Shown one piece after another: positions 1 through 18,953 of a DNA stretch of 64,000 nucleotides. A program made the position numbers and the translations under genes. This DNA is from Eledone cirrhosa (lineage: Eukaryota). Each line of letters begins with the position of its first letter. Position 1 is the stretch's first letter. The stretch is from positions 234,980,001 through 235,044,000 of the forward strand of contig OZ024743.1 of assembly GCA_964016885.1 (NCBI GenBank). Direction: 5' to 3'. The notes below the pieces were generated by a model. The model worked only from the letters and a program-made list of their open reading frames with translations. It had not been told where the DNA came from and searched no databases.

Positions 1-686
1 CAACACTATTGTGTTTTTGCAAAATGACAATAATTTTTTAGTCAGATAGAAATACCTTAATTCAAGTACATATAGTCCGCCTGTATCGATCTAGAAAATA
101 TTAAATATTAAATCTATACTTACAGACGTAAAATGGCAACTGCCTGGTGCCTAGACAAGTTTAAATTTCAAAATTCAAACCTCTTCAGCAGATCGGTCCG
201 AACTTCAAAACATAAACCTGTTTCACAAGGGATGGTAGACTAATTAAATAATTAATTAATTACAGAACAACTATTTATAAGATAATTATTAGTGAAGTAA
301 TGAATTTTCTGTGATTTTCAATAAGCACCCAGAAATTATAGTTATTTCTCCTAAGATAATAATCTTAAGACTGATCTGTCGCAAGCCTCATACATGTGCT
401 TTTGCACACGACCCCAGCTTTCTGGCTCATATCCATGGCGCAAGAAATAACAGCCGTAAATATGGGATTATGAATTCAGCTCTACAGAAGGAGCAGATAT
501 ATATTTAAATTGTCTAGGCACCAGGCAGTTGCCATTTTACGTCTGTAAGTATAGATTTAATATTTAATATTTTCTAGATCGATACAGGCGGACTATATGT
601 ACTTGAATTAAGGTATTTCTATCTGGCTAAAAAATTATTGTCATTTTGCAAAAACACATTAGTGTTGATCATATTTTTTTAAATTG
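1..686. mobile_element. Fold-back element A, copy 1 (left end cut by window): ~170-bp inverted arms around a ~335-bp core; probable non-autonomous PLE/pLTR derivative
   Basis: 1-167 is the reverse complement of ~503-668; near-identical second copy at 3274-4039; flanked by (TA)n. Confidence 0.6.
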
Positions 687-689
687 GAA

Positions 690-1408
<719 letters not shown>

Positions 1409-1409
1409 G

Positions 1410-2743
1410 GAAGGTTATATTTAAATTGTTGGGTTACAACGAGTAAATATTTATAACTGATATAAAAGCACTCAACAAGTATTTGGAGTATATTTACGAT
1501 ATTAAATAAATGGAAACTATATTTATAAAACCATATTTATTTCATTATATATATTTCAGGGATATCATATTAACAATATGTTATGCCTTCTTCAGACAAA
1601 ATACAATATAGGCAGTTTTATAAATAAATAGATTTGACATACCTTTCAACATCGACTTGCATTTGAAAAGTTGATTTGGCAGTAAAAATATTATGGACAG
1701 TTGTAAACAGAAAGAAAGAAAGAAAGAAAGGAAGAAAGAAAGAAAGAAAGAAAAACGAAGAAAAAGATGAAATGCATGCAACTAAATAGAGAGAGATGGA
1801 AAGATAAATAAAGAGAAGAACTTCATGTAAAGAAACAGAGAGAGATATACAGAGAGAGGAAATAGATAGAGATAGATAGATATAGATAGAGAAAAGTAGG
1901 TAGTTGAACATCAGTTGAATGACGTAGCAATGATACATTTATTTATTTATTTATTTATTTAGCTCTAGTATTAATGTAAGGGAGATATATGTGGTTAGGA
2001 GAGAAAACAGCCGTTATATAGAGAGAAAAAAATGAAAAGTAACCAGACATAGGCGAGGCAGAATTAAAAAACACTATGTTTCAATGTAGAAATATTAGTT
2101 CGTATAAAAACAGACATTATAATGTAAATATCAGTATTCTTGAATGAGACACGTATCAATAATGTGTGAAAAGTAATGATCATATGACTAGTTTTAAAAA
2201 TTCATATGTTTATATCATAACTATAAACATCGATGTGAATTTACGTGATCAGCTCTGCAAACTCCTATTTCACACGGAAAACATTCTCATTGTGCTATAA
2301 AAATTCAAGTATACATATATGTGTATATATACACATATATATAGAGTCTATATTAATTCTAACAATACTATTCCTGTCTTTACTCTACATGATTATCGAT
2401 CAAGCAGAAATAGAGAACAGATTTCAATATATTAATAAAAATATCAGAAACAAAAACAAAAATAATAATAAATAAATAAAACAGAAAACTAAAAAATATT
2501 AAATATTAAAAATAAAAATATTAAAAATATTAAAAAATATTAAAATAATAAAAATAAAAACATAGTATGCCACGCAAATCGACCACAAAGATCAACCCTT
2601 CAAAGTTAATTTACAATATATTGCCAAGTTCATTATAAGCATCAGAGTCAAAGACAGATAAAACCAAAAATTATTTACCAAATCCTGTCTAGCAGAAATC
2701 ATTTCAAAAGTTTAGGATACCCATTTGGTCTACATATGTTCTT
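1410..2743 (-). mobile_element. PLE 3' end/pLTR fragment related to the element at 54097-58320
   Basis: 1418-1650 aligns by eye with 54107-54335; contains an HHR; bounded by (TA)n. Confidence 0.7.
1533..1609 (-). ncRNA. Type I hammerhead ribozyme
   Basis: Minus strand: AUAUUGUAUUUUGU-CUGAAGA-AGG...CCU-GAAA-UAUAUA-UA/AUGAAAUAAAUAU; long stem I, palindromic stem III. Confidence 0.75.
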
Positions 2744-4039
<1,296 letters not shown>

Positions 4040-4071
4040 TATTATATATATATATATATTATATATATATA

Positions 4072-4103
<32 letters not shown>

Positions 4104-4147
4104 TATACATATATATATTATATATATATATTATATATTATATATAT

Positions 4148-4213
<66 letters not shown>

Positions 4214-4321
4214 ATTATATATATATATATTATATATATATATATTATATATATATATATATTATATATATATATATATTATATATATATATATATTATA
4301 TATATATATATATTATATATA

Positions 4322-4359
<38 letters not shown>

Positions 4360-4522
4360 TATATATATATTATATATATATATATTATATATTATATATA
4401 TTATATATATATATATATTACATCTATATATATATTATATATATATATATATTATATATATATATATTATATATATATATATATTATATATATATATTAT
4501 ATATATATATATTATATATATA

Positions 4523-4580
<58 letters not shown>

Positions 4581-4693
4581 TATATATATTTATATATATA
4601 TGTATTATATATATATGATATCTATATATATATTATATATATATTATAAATATATATATATATTATATATATATATTATATATATATTATATA

Positions 4694-4765
<72 letters not shown>

Positions 4766-4796
4766 TATTATATATATATATTATATATATATATAT

Positions 4797-4884
<88 letters not shown>

Positions 4885-5038
4885 CTATATATATATTATA
4901 TATATATATATATTATAAATATATATTATATATATATATTATATATATATATTATATATATATATTATATATATATATTATATATATTATATAATATACT
5001 ATATATATATATATATTATATATATATATTATATATAT

Positions 5039-5083
<45 letters not shown>

Positions 5084-5118
5084 TATATATATATTATTAT
5101 ATATATATATATTTATAT

Positions 5119-5163
<45 letters not shown>

Positions 5164-5174
5164 ATATTATATAT

Positions 5175-5218
<44 letters not shown>

Positions 5219-5242
5219 TATATATATTATATATATAATATC

Positions 5243-5276
<34 letters not shown>

Positions 5277-5351
5277 ATATATATATATATTATATATTAT
5301 ATATATATATATTATATTATTAATATATTATATATATATTATAATTATATA

Positions 5352-5389
<38 letters not shown>

Positions 5390-5507
5390 TATATTATATA
5401 TTATATTTATATATTATATATTATATATATTATATATATATATTATATATATATATATATTATATATATATATGTATTATATATATATATATATTATTAT
5501 TATATAT

Positions 5508-5558
<51 letters not shown>

Positions 5559-5570
5559 ATATATATATAT

Positions 5571-5601
<31 letters not shown>

Positions 5602-5870
5602 ATATTTTATATATATTATATATATATTATATATATATCATATATATATATTATATATATATATTATATATATATATATATTATATAATATATTTTTATA
5701 TATTATTATATATTATATATATATATATATATATTATATTATATATATATATATATTATATATATATTATATATATATTATATATATATATATATTATTA
5801 TATCTATATATATTATATATATATATATTATATATTTATATATATATATTATATATATATTATATATATA

Positions 5871-5912
<42 letters not shown>

Positions 5913-5944
5913 ATATATTATATATTATATATATATATATATAT
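4040..5944. repeat. Degenerate (TA)n microsatellite
   Basis: Direct reading. Confidence 0.97.
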
Positions 5945-6000
5945 ACGTGGGAAAGTAAAAAATCGGAGAATAGACCGTTAAAACAAGTTTAATTAAAATA

Positions 6001-6041
6001 TCACCTACGTACGTTTCAACCAGTTGGGATTCTCAAGGGCA
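6001..6041 (-). ncRNA. Minimal HHR (UUGAGAA core), degenerate stem II, in inverted pLTR
   Basis: Minus: UGCCC-UUGAGAA-UCCCAACUGGUU-GAAAC-GUAC-GUA/GGUGA. Confidence 0.6.
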
Positions 6042-6143
6042 TAAATAATCACAAGTGTTCCTTATATTGCTCGGAAAGAGTTTTTGGGGTTAAATCCACA
6101 TCAAGGTTCATTGTTCGCAAAAATATCTTGTTTTGATTTTGCA

Positions 6144-8055
6144 CTTATCTTAGCTAGATCTAACACTAGCCTCACCAAAAAAGAAATAGACATAATTCTA
6201 GCGGCACGTAGAACCATTATCCAGTTCGAAGGCTCCCACTAGACCAGAACCAACCGTCCTGATAACTTCGATGTCACGATGGGGTCCAGTGACTCAGCGC
6301 AAGCAACTGACCTGGTCGGGATATACCTCCTACATAAGCTTAGGGAAGAAATACCGGCCCTACAAGGAGGTGTATATAGGGACGACGCCCTGTTTACCGT
6401 TAGGAACCATAGCCCCCGTAGGATAGAGAACCTTAACAAACATATACACAGGTTCTTTAAGTCATACGGCCTATCCGTAACTATGGACCTCAACCACAGG
6501 GTCGTCAACTTCCTGGACGTGACCCTGGAGTTGAGTACGTGCTTATACAAGCCATACCATAAGCCTGGAGAGTGCCTCTCTTATATTAATTATGCCTCCA
6601 ACCACCCTAAGCAGACTCTCAACTCCATAGTCTATAGTATCTCACATAGAATCTCGAGGCTATCCGCCAATGAGGATATCTTCAACCAAGCGGCTGATTA
6701 CTACAATAGGGCCCTGATAAGCGCCGGCTTTAACTGAGCAATTTCCTACATCCCTAACGCTAGCTCTAGAAACGACCCCCCTCATAAAACTAACGTTATA
6801 GTAAGCCCATACCTATAACCGATCACGCGGCGACCTCGTTGAAGTCGGATATAATAGAATAGATAACCGCACCAAAGATCACGTCCCCGGCGACGGTGAA
6901 CACTGTAGATTACTCAAACTATTCCCCTATTACAAAACCAACAAAGGCGACGGCCTACTACCAACGCCTTCCAACCAACATCTTCGTGTACATAAACATG
7001 GAAGAGGTAGAAAGAGTGCCACCCGAGCATAAAGTGAAAGGGGCACCGAACGGGCGACTGCGCATTAACACACATAAGAGCGGTCACTTAGATGGAACCA
7101 CCCGTAGCAAAAGTACAAGGACACGTAATCGCCACCGTAACGTCCTATGGTTCCACCCCCCTCCTCTCGGAGTGTGGCCTCCAACATACCCTGGATGTTC
7201 TTCGAAGCCTTAGAGAAGAACTTCCCGCCAACCATAGGTAAGAAAAATTCTTAATAGGAACAATATAAAAATATCCTTCTCTACTACTCCTAACCTAGCA
7301 GACATCATAGGAACAACGAACCACAGTAAGATCACCAAGACACAGCACCTCGACACAGACGCACCTACACCTGACAATAACTATATCGGCCTTAACAATT
7401 CCCTGGCAGCATCCAATAGTGTTGGCAACGGCATCCGCAGACGCAACCAGAATGACCGCGAAATGACTGGGGAACATGCAGAACATGACGTGCGGAATAA
7501 CAATCGCACCATCCCGCGTGCTGTGGGTTGTAATTGTGCTAACGACAGCTGCGGTAGCGTAGGTAACAACGTAGGCAGCAACAATGATAGCCTTACCGTG
7601 GGAAATAGACGGAACCGCGACAGAAATTGCAACTGCCGCGACAGAGGACGCTGCCCCCTTAGAGGATACTGCTTGACTGATAGGGTTATATATAGATGCA
7701 CTATTACTAGCCACAATAGCGTTAAACATTATATAGGGGCCACCTCCGGCCCGTTCAAAATTAGGTTTCGAACACATCTCCACTCTTTCACAAATAGAAA
7801 ACTAAGGCACTCCACTTCGCTCGCGGACTACATCACATCACTAAAGGACTTAAACATCAGCTTCTCCACGCACTGGGAGATTGTCGGCAGGGCTGCACCG
7901 TACAACTTCAAGAGGAAATGCGATCTTTGCCTCATGGAGCTCTACCACATCATAACTGCACACCACGAGCTCATCAACAGCAGAGCTGAAACAGCGATAA
8001 TTGTACACATCACTTAAAAATATCCTTCTTCAGATGGGTTAAGGATGAAGAGTAA
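6144..8055 (+). pseudogene. Disrupted PLE RT + GIY-YIG endonuclease ORF
   Basis: Motifs MGSSDSAQATDLVG, YRDD, VNFLDVTL, YKPYHKP, SNHP, RNRHRNVLWFHPP, CNC..CPL..CL..VIYRC..YIG, CDLC; stops and frameshifts. Confidence 0.9.
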
Positions 8056-8356
8056 AATAGTACACTGGATCTCCCTGCAACAAGTCTTAACACCCCGGCG
8101 GGCAGGCGCTGCAAAATAACACCCAGAAAACAATCCTTGCATACCAGACCCAGCCTCAGACAAATGGATGCGGCAAAAAAAAAAAAAAAAAAAAAAAAAA
8201 AATTATCCGGGAAAGACTGCCCTAACACCGGCCAGAGTTACCTCCCTTGACCTGCTGCAAAATCAAAACAAGATATTTTTGCGAACAATGAACTTTGATG
8301 TGGATTTAACCCCAAAACTCTTTCCGAGCAATATAAGGAACACTTGTGATTATTTA

Positions 8357-8396
8357 TGCCCTTGAGAGCCCAACTGGGCGAAACGTACGTAGGTGA
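8357..8396 (+). ncRNA. Minimal HHR with palindromic stem III (dimer type); core one nt short in this copy
   Basis: UGCCC-UUGAGA-GCCCAACUGGGC-GAAAC-GUAC-GUA/GGUGA. Confidence 0.65.
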
Positions 8397-8609
8397 TATT
8401 TTAAATAAGCATGTTTTAACGGTCTATTCTCCGATTTTTTACTTTCCCACGTGCTTACGCTCTGCTAACTCTCTAGCCCACTAAATATTAACACTTCGAA
8501 TATTTAATACTGCCGGCACTAGTATCGAACACCTTTGGCATACGCTACTTGGCAAATAACTATATGTATCACCTATCCCCCCTTTTTTTCTCTTTCTCGA
8601 TACGTAAAT

Positions 8610-8790
8610 TGGCAGTATCGGTAGAGAGTTGGACGCCATGCTTTGACGCATAGAGTTACTGCCCTTGCCATTCTGAGTTCAAATCCCGCCGAGGTTAACT
8701 TTGCCTTTCATCCTTACGGGGTCGATAAAATAAAGTACCAGTAATGTACTGGGTAATTGCTGGCCTTGTACTAAAAGTAGAAACAATTAT
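8610..8790 (+). mobile_element. tRNA-derived SINE
   Basis: B-box-like GAGTTCAAATCCC followed by GCCTTTCATCCTTACGGGGTCGATAAA body; same family as 51875-52021. Confidence 0.8.
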
Positions 8791-8808
8791 ATATATATAT
8801 ATATTATA

Positions 8809-8852
<44 letters not shown>

Positions 8853-8855
8853 TAT

Positions 8856-8889
<34 letters not shown>

Positions 8890-8967
8890 ATATGATATAT
8901 ATTATATATCTATATATATTATATATATATATATTATATATATATATATATATGTTATATATATATA

Positions 8968-9010
<43 letters not shown>

Positions 9011-9035
9011 ATATAATATATATATATATATATTA

Positions 9036-9335
9036 TACGTAGGTGGGTGATATTTTAAATAAACATGTTTTACGTACGTAGGTGATATTACGTACGTAGG
9101 TGATATTACGTACGTAGGTGATATATTAAATAAACATGTTTTAACGGTCTATTCTCCGATTTTTTACTTTCCCACGTGCTTACGCTCTGCTAACTCTCTA
9201 GCCCACTAAATATTAACACTTCGAATATTTAATACTGCCGGCACTAGTATCGAGCACCTTTGGCATACGCTACTTGGCAAATAACTATATGTATCACCTA
9301 TCCCTCCTTTTTCTCTCTTTCTCGATACGTAAATA
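9036..9335 (+). mobile_element. Solo pLTR 3' fragment of the 5945-8609 family with stuttered 5' end
   Basis: 9108-9333 matches 8383-8609; preceded by repeated TACGTACGTAGGTGATAT units. Confidence 0.8.
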
Positions 9336-9355
9336 CTATATATTATATATATATG

Positions 9356-9400
<45 letters not shown>

Positions 9401-9436
9401 ATATATATTATATATATATATATATAATATATATAT

Positions 9437-9490
<54 letters not shown>

Positions 9491-9605
9491 ATATTATTAT
9501 ATATATATATATATTATATATATATATATATTATATATATATATATATATTATATATACATATATATTATATATATATATATTATATATATATATATATT
9601 ATATA

Positions 9606-9638
<33 letters not shown>

Positions 9639-10373
9639 ACGAAGGAAATGTGGTAAGGAACCAGGTGGACCATAACGCACCAAAGTACTCAATACTTGAG
9701 GTAGTAGAGTGGGTAATAGGAACCAGTAAGACCCCGACAGCTGAGCTCAAGCCGTTTCGACGGCTAATTCTGGACTAAATGAAAATTTATCCTGGTATTT
9801 AAATAGCCGATCTTCTCAAGGGGTAATTCCATATATGGTCAAAGTGATTGTCAAAAATCAGTAGTAATTCTGTGGTTGCAAATTAGTAGGGGAGATGGTG
9901 GCTAAACCTGCCAGTAGGAGAAAGAGGGGAGGGGGTGGTGTAGACCCAATCAAGCATTGGTAGTGCCAGCTACAGCTGGGCATGAGGTCAAAGAAGATAC
10001 AGGGGAGGGGGAGGGGGAGGAATTCGGAACGGTAGGTAGAACAATGGGGGGTAGAAATATATATGAAAGAAAAAATACTGAGAGTGAAGAAAAGCAAATA
10101 AGTGTAAAGAAAAAGTAAAGTAAATTAAATTCTACGACCTAGGTCTCAGGCTATTGTTAGGCTAGAATAAAATAAAGAAAGAAAGAAAGAAGTAAAGAAA
10201 GAAAGAAATAAAGAAATAACGAAATAAGTAAAAGAACTAGGTGGGACGGTATAGGCAAGGACCCTTTTAAGAGGTATACGTACGTAAATGATACGGTGAC
10301 GGGTCAACAAAAGGGGCCAAAATACTAAAGAGACTACCACGAAATAAACAAGGGGTCTTACTGGTTCCTATTA
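9639..10373 (-). mobile_element. PLE pLTR fragment with HHR and 22-bp 5' inversion
   Basis: HHR at 9731-9824; 10352-10373 is the reverse complement of 9714-9735; (TA)n on both sides. Confidence 0.7.
9731..9824 (-). ncRNA. Type I HHR, U3:A8 core, 54-nt stem II domain
   Basis: Minus: ACCCC-UUGAGAA-GAUCGGCUA...UAGCCGUC-GAA-ACGGCU-UGAGCUC-AGCUGU-C/GGGGU. Confidence 0.8.
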
Positions 10374-12972
<2,599 letters not shown>

Positions 12973-12979
12973 ATCCCTG

Positions 12980-13032
12980 GAGATTCCTGATGATTTCTAA
13001 AGAATGAAACAGTTCTAGTCCTGTAGAATCTC
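12980..13032 (+). ncRNA. Type I HHR in a ~140-bp solo pLTR end (12973-13112)
   Basis: GAGAUUC-CUGAUGA-UUUCUAAAGAAU-GAA-ACAG-UUCUAGUC-CUGU-A/GAAUCUC; same family as 39496-39546. Confidence 0.85.
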
Positions 13033-13223
13033 ATCTATATTAAAACTTTAAACTCTGCAATGTATTGAGTACCTTACTTACTATGGATACCTCCGATTCA
13101 CCCGGAATAACGTATATATTATATATATATATTATATATATATACTATATATATATATATATTATATATATATATATTATATATATATATATATTATATA
13201 TATATATATATTATATATATATA

Positions 13224-13254
<31 letters not shown>

Positions 13255-13359
13255 CCTTTTGATCTTATATTATGTATACTCCAGTCCTACAAACTGTAGA
13301 GTGCTTCTTATCCGATAGCTGCATTGCTTTATTGTACTACAATAAAACTCACCTCCTAC

Positions 13360-14077
<718 letters not shown>

Positions 14078-14678
14078 ATATATATTATATATATATATAT
14101 TATATATATATATATTATATATATATATATATATTATATATATATATATCATATATATATATTATATATATATATATATTATATATATATATATTATATA
14201 TATATATATATTATATATATATATATATCATATATATATATTATATATATATATATATTATATATATATATATTATATATATATATATTATATATAAAAT
14301 ATTAAAAAAATAATATTGTTTTTCCATTGTGATATGGATGATGGACAATTGAAAGAGCTCAACTAAATGTATATGGGTTTACAAAATCATACATATATAT
14401 GTATATACATAAATATAAAATTAACACACACATACAGTACAAAAATACGAATATTTCCGTGAAAATAGGAGCAAAATTTATGTAGATAAATCTACCAAGA
14501 GTTTACGGTAGTGTCCAATCTGTATGAAGAACTCAATGTAATCCGGATATCATGGAAAGAAGAGATGCAATGAAAAATCACTTTCGGTGAAAGATAAACG
14601 GAATACAGAGTCAAGATAAAATATTAAAAAAATAATGAATAAAACAATGAAACAGTTCCTTATATTAAACAAAAAAAG

Positions 14679-14832
14679 TTCATTATTTAACGATCGTTTC
14701 TAGGATATATATGTGTTAGAATTGGCATGCATATTCAACAGATCTATGTACAAAATTATACAAAATTATACAAACTATCAAAATTAAATATACATACCAA
14801 CACATATATATGCCGTCTTCAGAAATAATGAA
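14679..14832 (-). ncRNA. Type I HHR with 115-nt stem II domain (3' pLTR copy)
   Basis: Minus: UUCAUUAUUU-CUGAAGA-[115 nt]-GAAAC-GAUC-GUU/AAAUAAUGAA; 10-bp stem I. Confidence 0.8.
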
Positions 14833-15423
14833 ATATATTTATTGATAATAACAACAATTCAAAATTACAGGTCTGTTTGGGAACAGAGTTCAAATTGACC
14901 AATGAAAACACAAAAAGTTTATACAGTTAGGTGTGTGTATATATGTAAGTAACTTCGTTCACAGATATGCATAAAAATATATGTTCACATGCATACGCAT
15001 GCCGAAAAGATGTATGTAAATACAAAAATTCAAGGCTAATGTCTCTGTATGTTTATAATCTACAGATAAAATACGTATACGCATATAAATATAAAAATAA
15101 ATATATACACACATTCATATACTCACACATATACGTACATTCACACACACGCGCGCGTATACGCATAAACATACACACAACCACGAACATACATTCACAC
15201 ACACACCCCCACACACATATATGTGTATATACTATTATCATAAGCATATGGACATTAATGCGCGCACATAAACACTGCCACACATATTTAGATCCAGATA
15301 CAGAAAGTAGGTGGGGCGGGGGGGAGAAGAGGTCAGTATTTAGCGGTGTCAGCAAGCTGCCTATTTATAAATATATCTATAAATTTAGAAATAAAAAGAA
15401 AAAGAAAAAATAAATATATTAAG

Positions 15424-15466
<43 letters not shown>

Positions 15467-15470
<4 letters not shown>

Positions 15471-17317
15471 TGAAACAAAATGAAAACGAAATTTCATTTC
15501 TCACTCTTAGTATGGCACTTACTTAAATGTAAGTATGCATGTATACGTACATACATATATGTATACAGACGTACAGTAGCATGCACATATATATATATAT
15601 ATGCATACAGGTACACATACATATATGCACGTATCAGTTTAGCGGCGCTAACGTCGCTTTGTTCGTTTGTAAACAAACTGAACAGCCTGAATTTATGCCA
15701 TACGGTGTTAAGGCAACCACGTCACCTTTTTGTTCAACACTGACACAGGAACGATGTACTAGTTTCAAGCTTGTTAGCTATCATCAGCACCGTTTACCCA
15801 TCTGCCAGATAGTTGAACGTTCGAAAGTATATACTTTCCTTATGAAAATTAACGGCTGAGCAGCCTAATTTGCATATTGAGTGAGTTAAATCGGTCAGGC
15901 ATACCGAAAACGATAAATTGAAACAAAATGAAAACGAAATTTCATTTCTCACTCTTAGTATGGCACTTACTTAAATGTAAGTATGCATGTATACGTACAT
16001 ACATATATGTATACAGACGTACAGTAGCATGCACATATATATATATATATGCATACAGGTACACATACATATATGCACGTATCAGTTTAGCGGCGCTAAC
16101 GTCGCTTTGTTCGTTTGTAAACAAACTGAACAGCCTGAATTTATGCCATACGGTGTTAAGGCAACCACGTCACCTTTTTGTTCAACACTGACACAGGAAC
16201 GATGTACTAGTTTCAAGCTTGTTAGCTATCATCAGCACCGTTTACCCATCTGCCAGATAGTTGAACGTTCGAAAGTATATACTTTCCTTATGAAAATTAA
16301 CGGCTGAGCAGCCTAATTTGCATATTGAGTGAGTTAAATCGGTCAGGCATACCGAAAACGATAAATTGAAACAAAATGAAAACGAAATTTCATTTCTCAC
16401 TCTTAGTATGGCACTTACTTAAATGTAAGTATGCATGTATACGTACATACATATATGTATACAGACGTACAGTAGCATGCACATATATATATATATATGC
16501 ATACAGGTACACATACATATATGCACGTATCAGTTTAGCGGCGCTAACGTCGCTTTGTTCGTTTGTAAACAAACTGAACAGCCTGAATTTATGCCATACG
16601 GTGTTAAGGCAACCACGTCACCTTTTTGTTCAACACTGACACAGGAACGATGTACTAGTTTCAAGCTTGTTAGCTATCATCAGCACCGTTTACCCATCTG
16701 CCAGATAGTTGAACGTTCGAAAGTATATACTTTCCTTATGAAAATTAACGGCTGAGCAGCCTAATTTGCATATTGAGTGAGTTAAATCGGTCAGGCATAC
16801 CGAAAACGATAAATTGAAACAAAATGAAAACGAAATTTCATTTCTCACTCTTAGTATGGCACTTACTTAAATGTAAGTATGCATGTATACGTACATACAT
16901 ATATGTATACAGACGTACAGTAGCATGTACATATATATATATATATGCATACAGGTACACATACATATATGCACGTATCAGTTTAGCGGCGCTAACGTCG
17001 CTTTGTTCGTTTGTAAACGTTTCGAACGTTCAACTATCTGGCAGATGGGTAAACGGTGCTGATGATAGCTAACAAGCTTGAAACTAGTACATCGTTCCTG
17101 TGTCAGTGTTGAACAAAAAGGTGACGTGGTTGCCTTAACACCGTATGGCATAAATTCAGGCTGTTCAGTTTGTTTACAAACGAACAAAGCGACGTTAGCG
17201 CCGCTAAACTGATACGTGCATATATGTATGTGTACCTGTATGCATATATATATATATATGTGCATGCTACTGTACGTCTGTATACATATATGTATGTACG
17301 TATACATGCATACTTAC

Positions 17318-17322
<5 letters not shown>
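15467..17322 (-). mobile_element. Retrozyme-like tandem array: ~3.5 x 448-bp non-coding units, one HHR per full unit, plus ~300-bp 5' inverted copy
   Basis: Exact 448 period (ORF track 15480/15928/16376/16824); inversion 17020-17322; inserted in a (TA)n tract of the host pLTR. Confidence 0.85.
15750..15794 (-). ncRNA. Minimal type I HHR (also 16198-16242 and 16646-16690 on -, 17052-17096 on +)
   Basis: AACGGUG-CUGAUGA-UAGCUAACAAGCUU-GAAAC-UA-GUA/CAUCGUU; canonical core, palindromic ACUAGU stem III. Confidence 0.9.
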
Positions 17323-17409
<87 letters not shown>

Positions 17410-17443
17410 AAGTAAAATATAAAATATACATCAATATACATAC

Positions 17444-17489
<46 letters not shown>

Positions 17490-17691
17490 GTATATATACA
17501 TACATAAACATACACATATACATAAACACATACATACACATACATATACATACACACACCATATAAATACACATACACATACACACATGCATACATATAG
17601 AGACACATACATATACACATATAAATACATAGACATATACACACATATATATATAAACATACACACATACATATATATATATCCATTCACA

Positions 17692-17778
<87 letters not shown>

Positions 17779-17837
17779 CACATATCTACACACATATAAA
17801 ACACACTCATGTATATACACACATACACATACATACC

Positions 17838-17972
<135 letters not shown>

Positions 17973-18035
17973 ATACACTCACATACACATACACATATAC
18001 AAAGATATATATACATACACACACACATATAATAA

Positions 18036-18068
<33 letters not shown>

Positions 18069-18288
18069 TATACATACATACACACACATACATACTCATA
18101 CATAGACATACATATATACACACATACATACACATACATATACGCATATATACACATACATACACATCCATGTATGCGTATATACATACAAACACCACCA
18201 CACACTCACACAACTCAGACATACATAAATAAAGGGATATACATACACATATATACATATATAAATAGAGATACATATACACATATAA

Positions 18289-18327
<39 letters not shown>

Positions 18328-18356
18328 TACACATACATACACACATACATATATAT

Positions 18357-18449
<93 letters not shown>

Positions 18450-18565
18450 CATATATACATATATACATATATATAAAAAAATAAAGAAATAAAATAAATA
18501 AATAAATAAATAAATTAATACACACAGTCAGACAAATATGCACACACATACATATACATATATAT

Positions 18566-18686
<121 letters not shown>

Positions 18687-18734
18687 CCTACATATACATA
18701 CATATATATATATACACACATACACACATCAACT

Positions 18735-18771
<37 letters not shown>

Positions 18772-18886
18772 AACACTCACATATACATGCGCACATACGT
18801 ACATATATACACATACACACATATACACATAGACGTATACATGTGCATACATATACATACACACATATACCCACATAAATACATAG

Positions 18887-18953
<67 letters not shown>

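Larger units (their letters stand above)
5945..8609 (+). mobile_element. 5'-truncated Naiad-like PLE with inverted 5' pLTR copy
   Basis: 5945-6143 is the reverse complement of ~8256-8452; RT/GIY-YIG remnants lie between; HHR in the pLTR. Confidence 0.88.

Noticed and set aside
13256-13360. Short unique fragment with a TTTATTGTA/TACAATAAA hairpin
   Set aside because: Too short to assign; probably another element terminus.
15480-17307. Repeated 60-109 aa ORFs in the 448-bp array
   Set aside because: Overlapping frames through TA/CA-rich sequence with no motif; identity reflects the DNA repeat.
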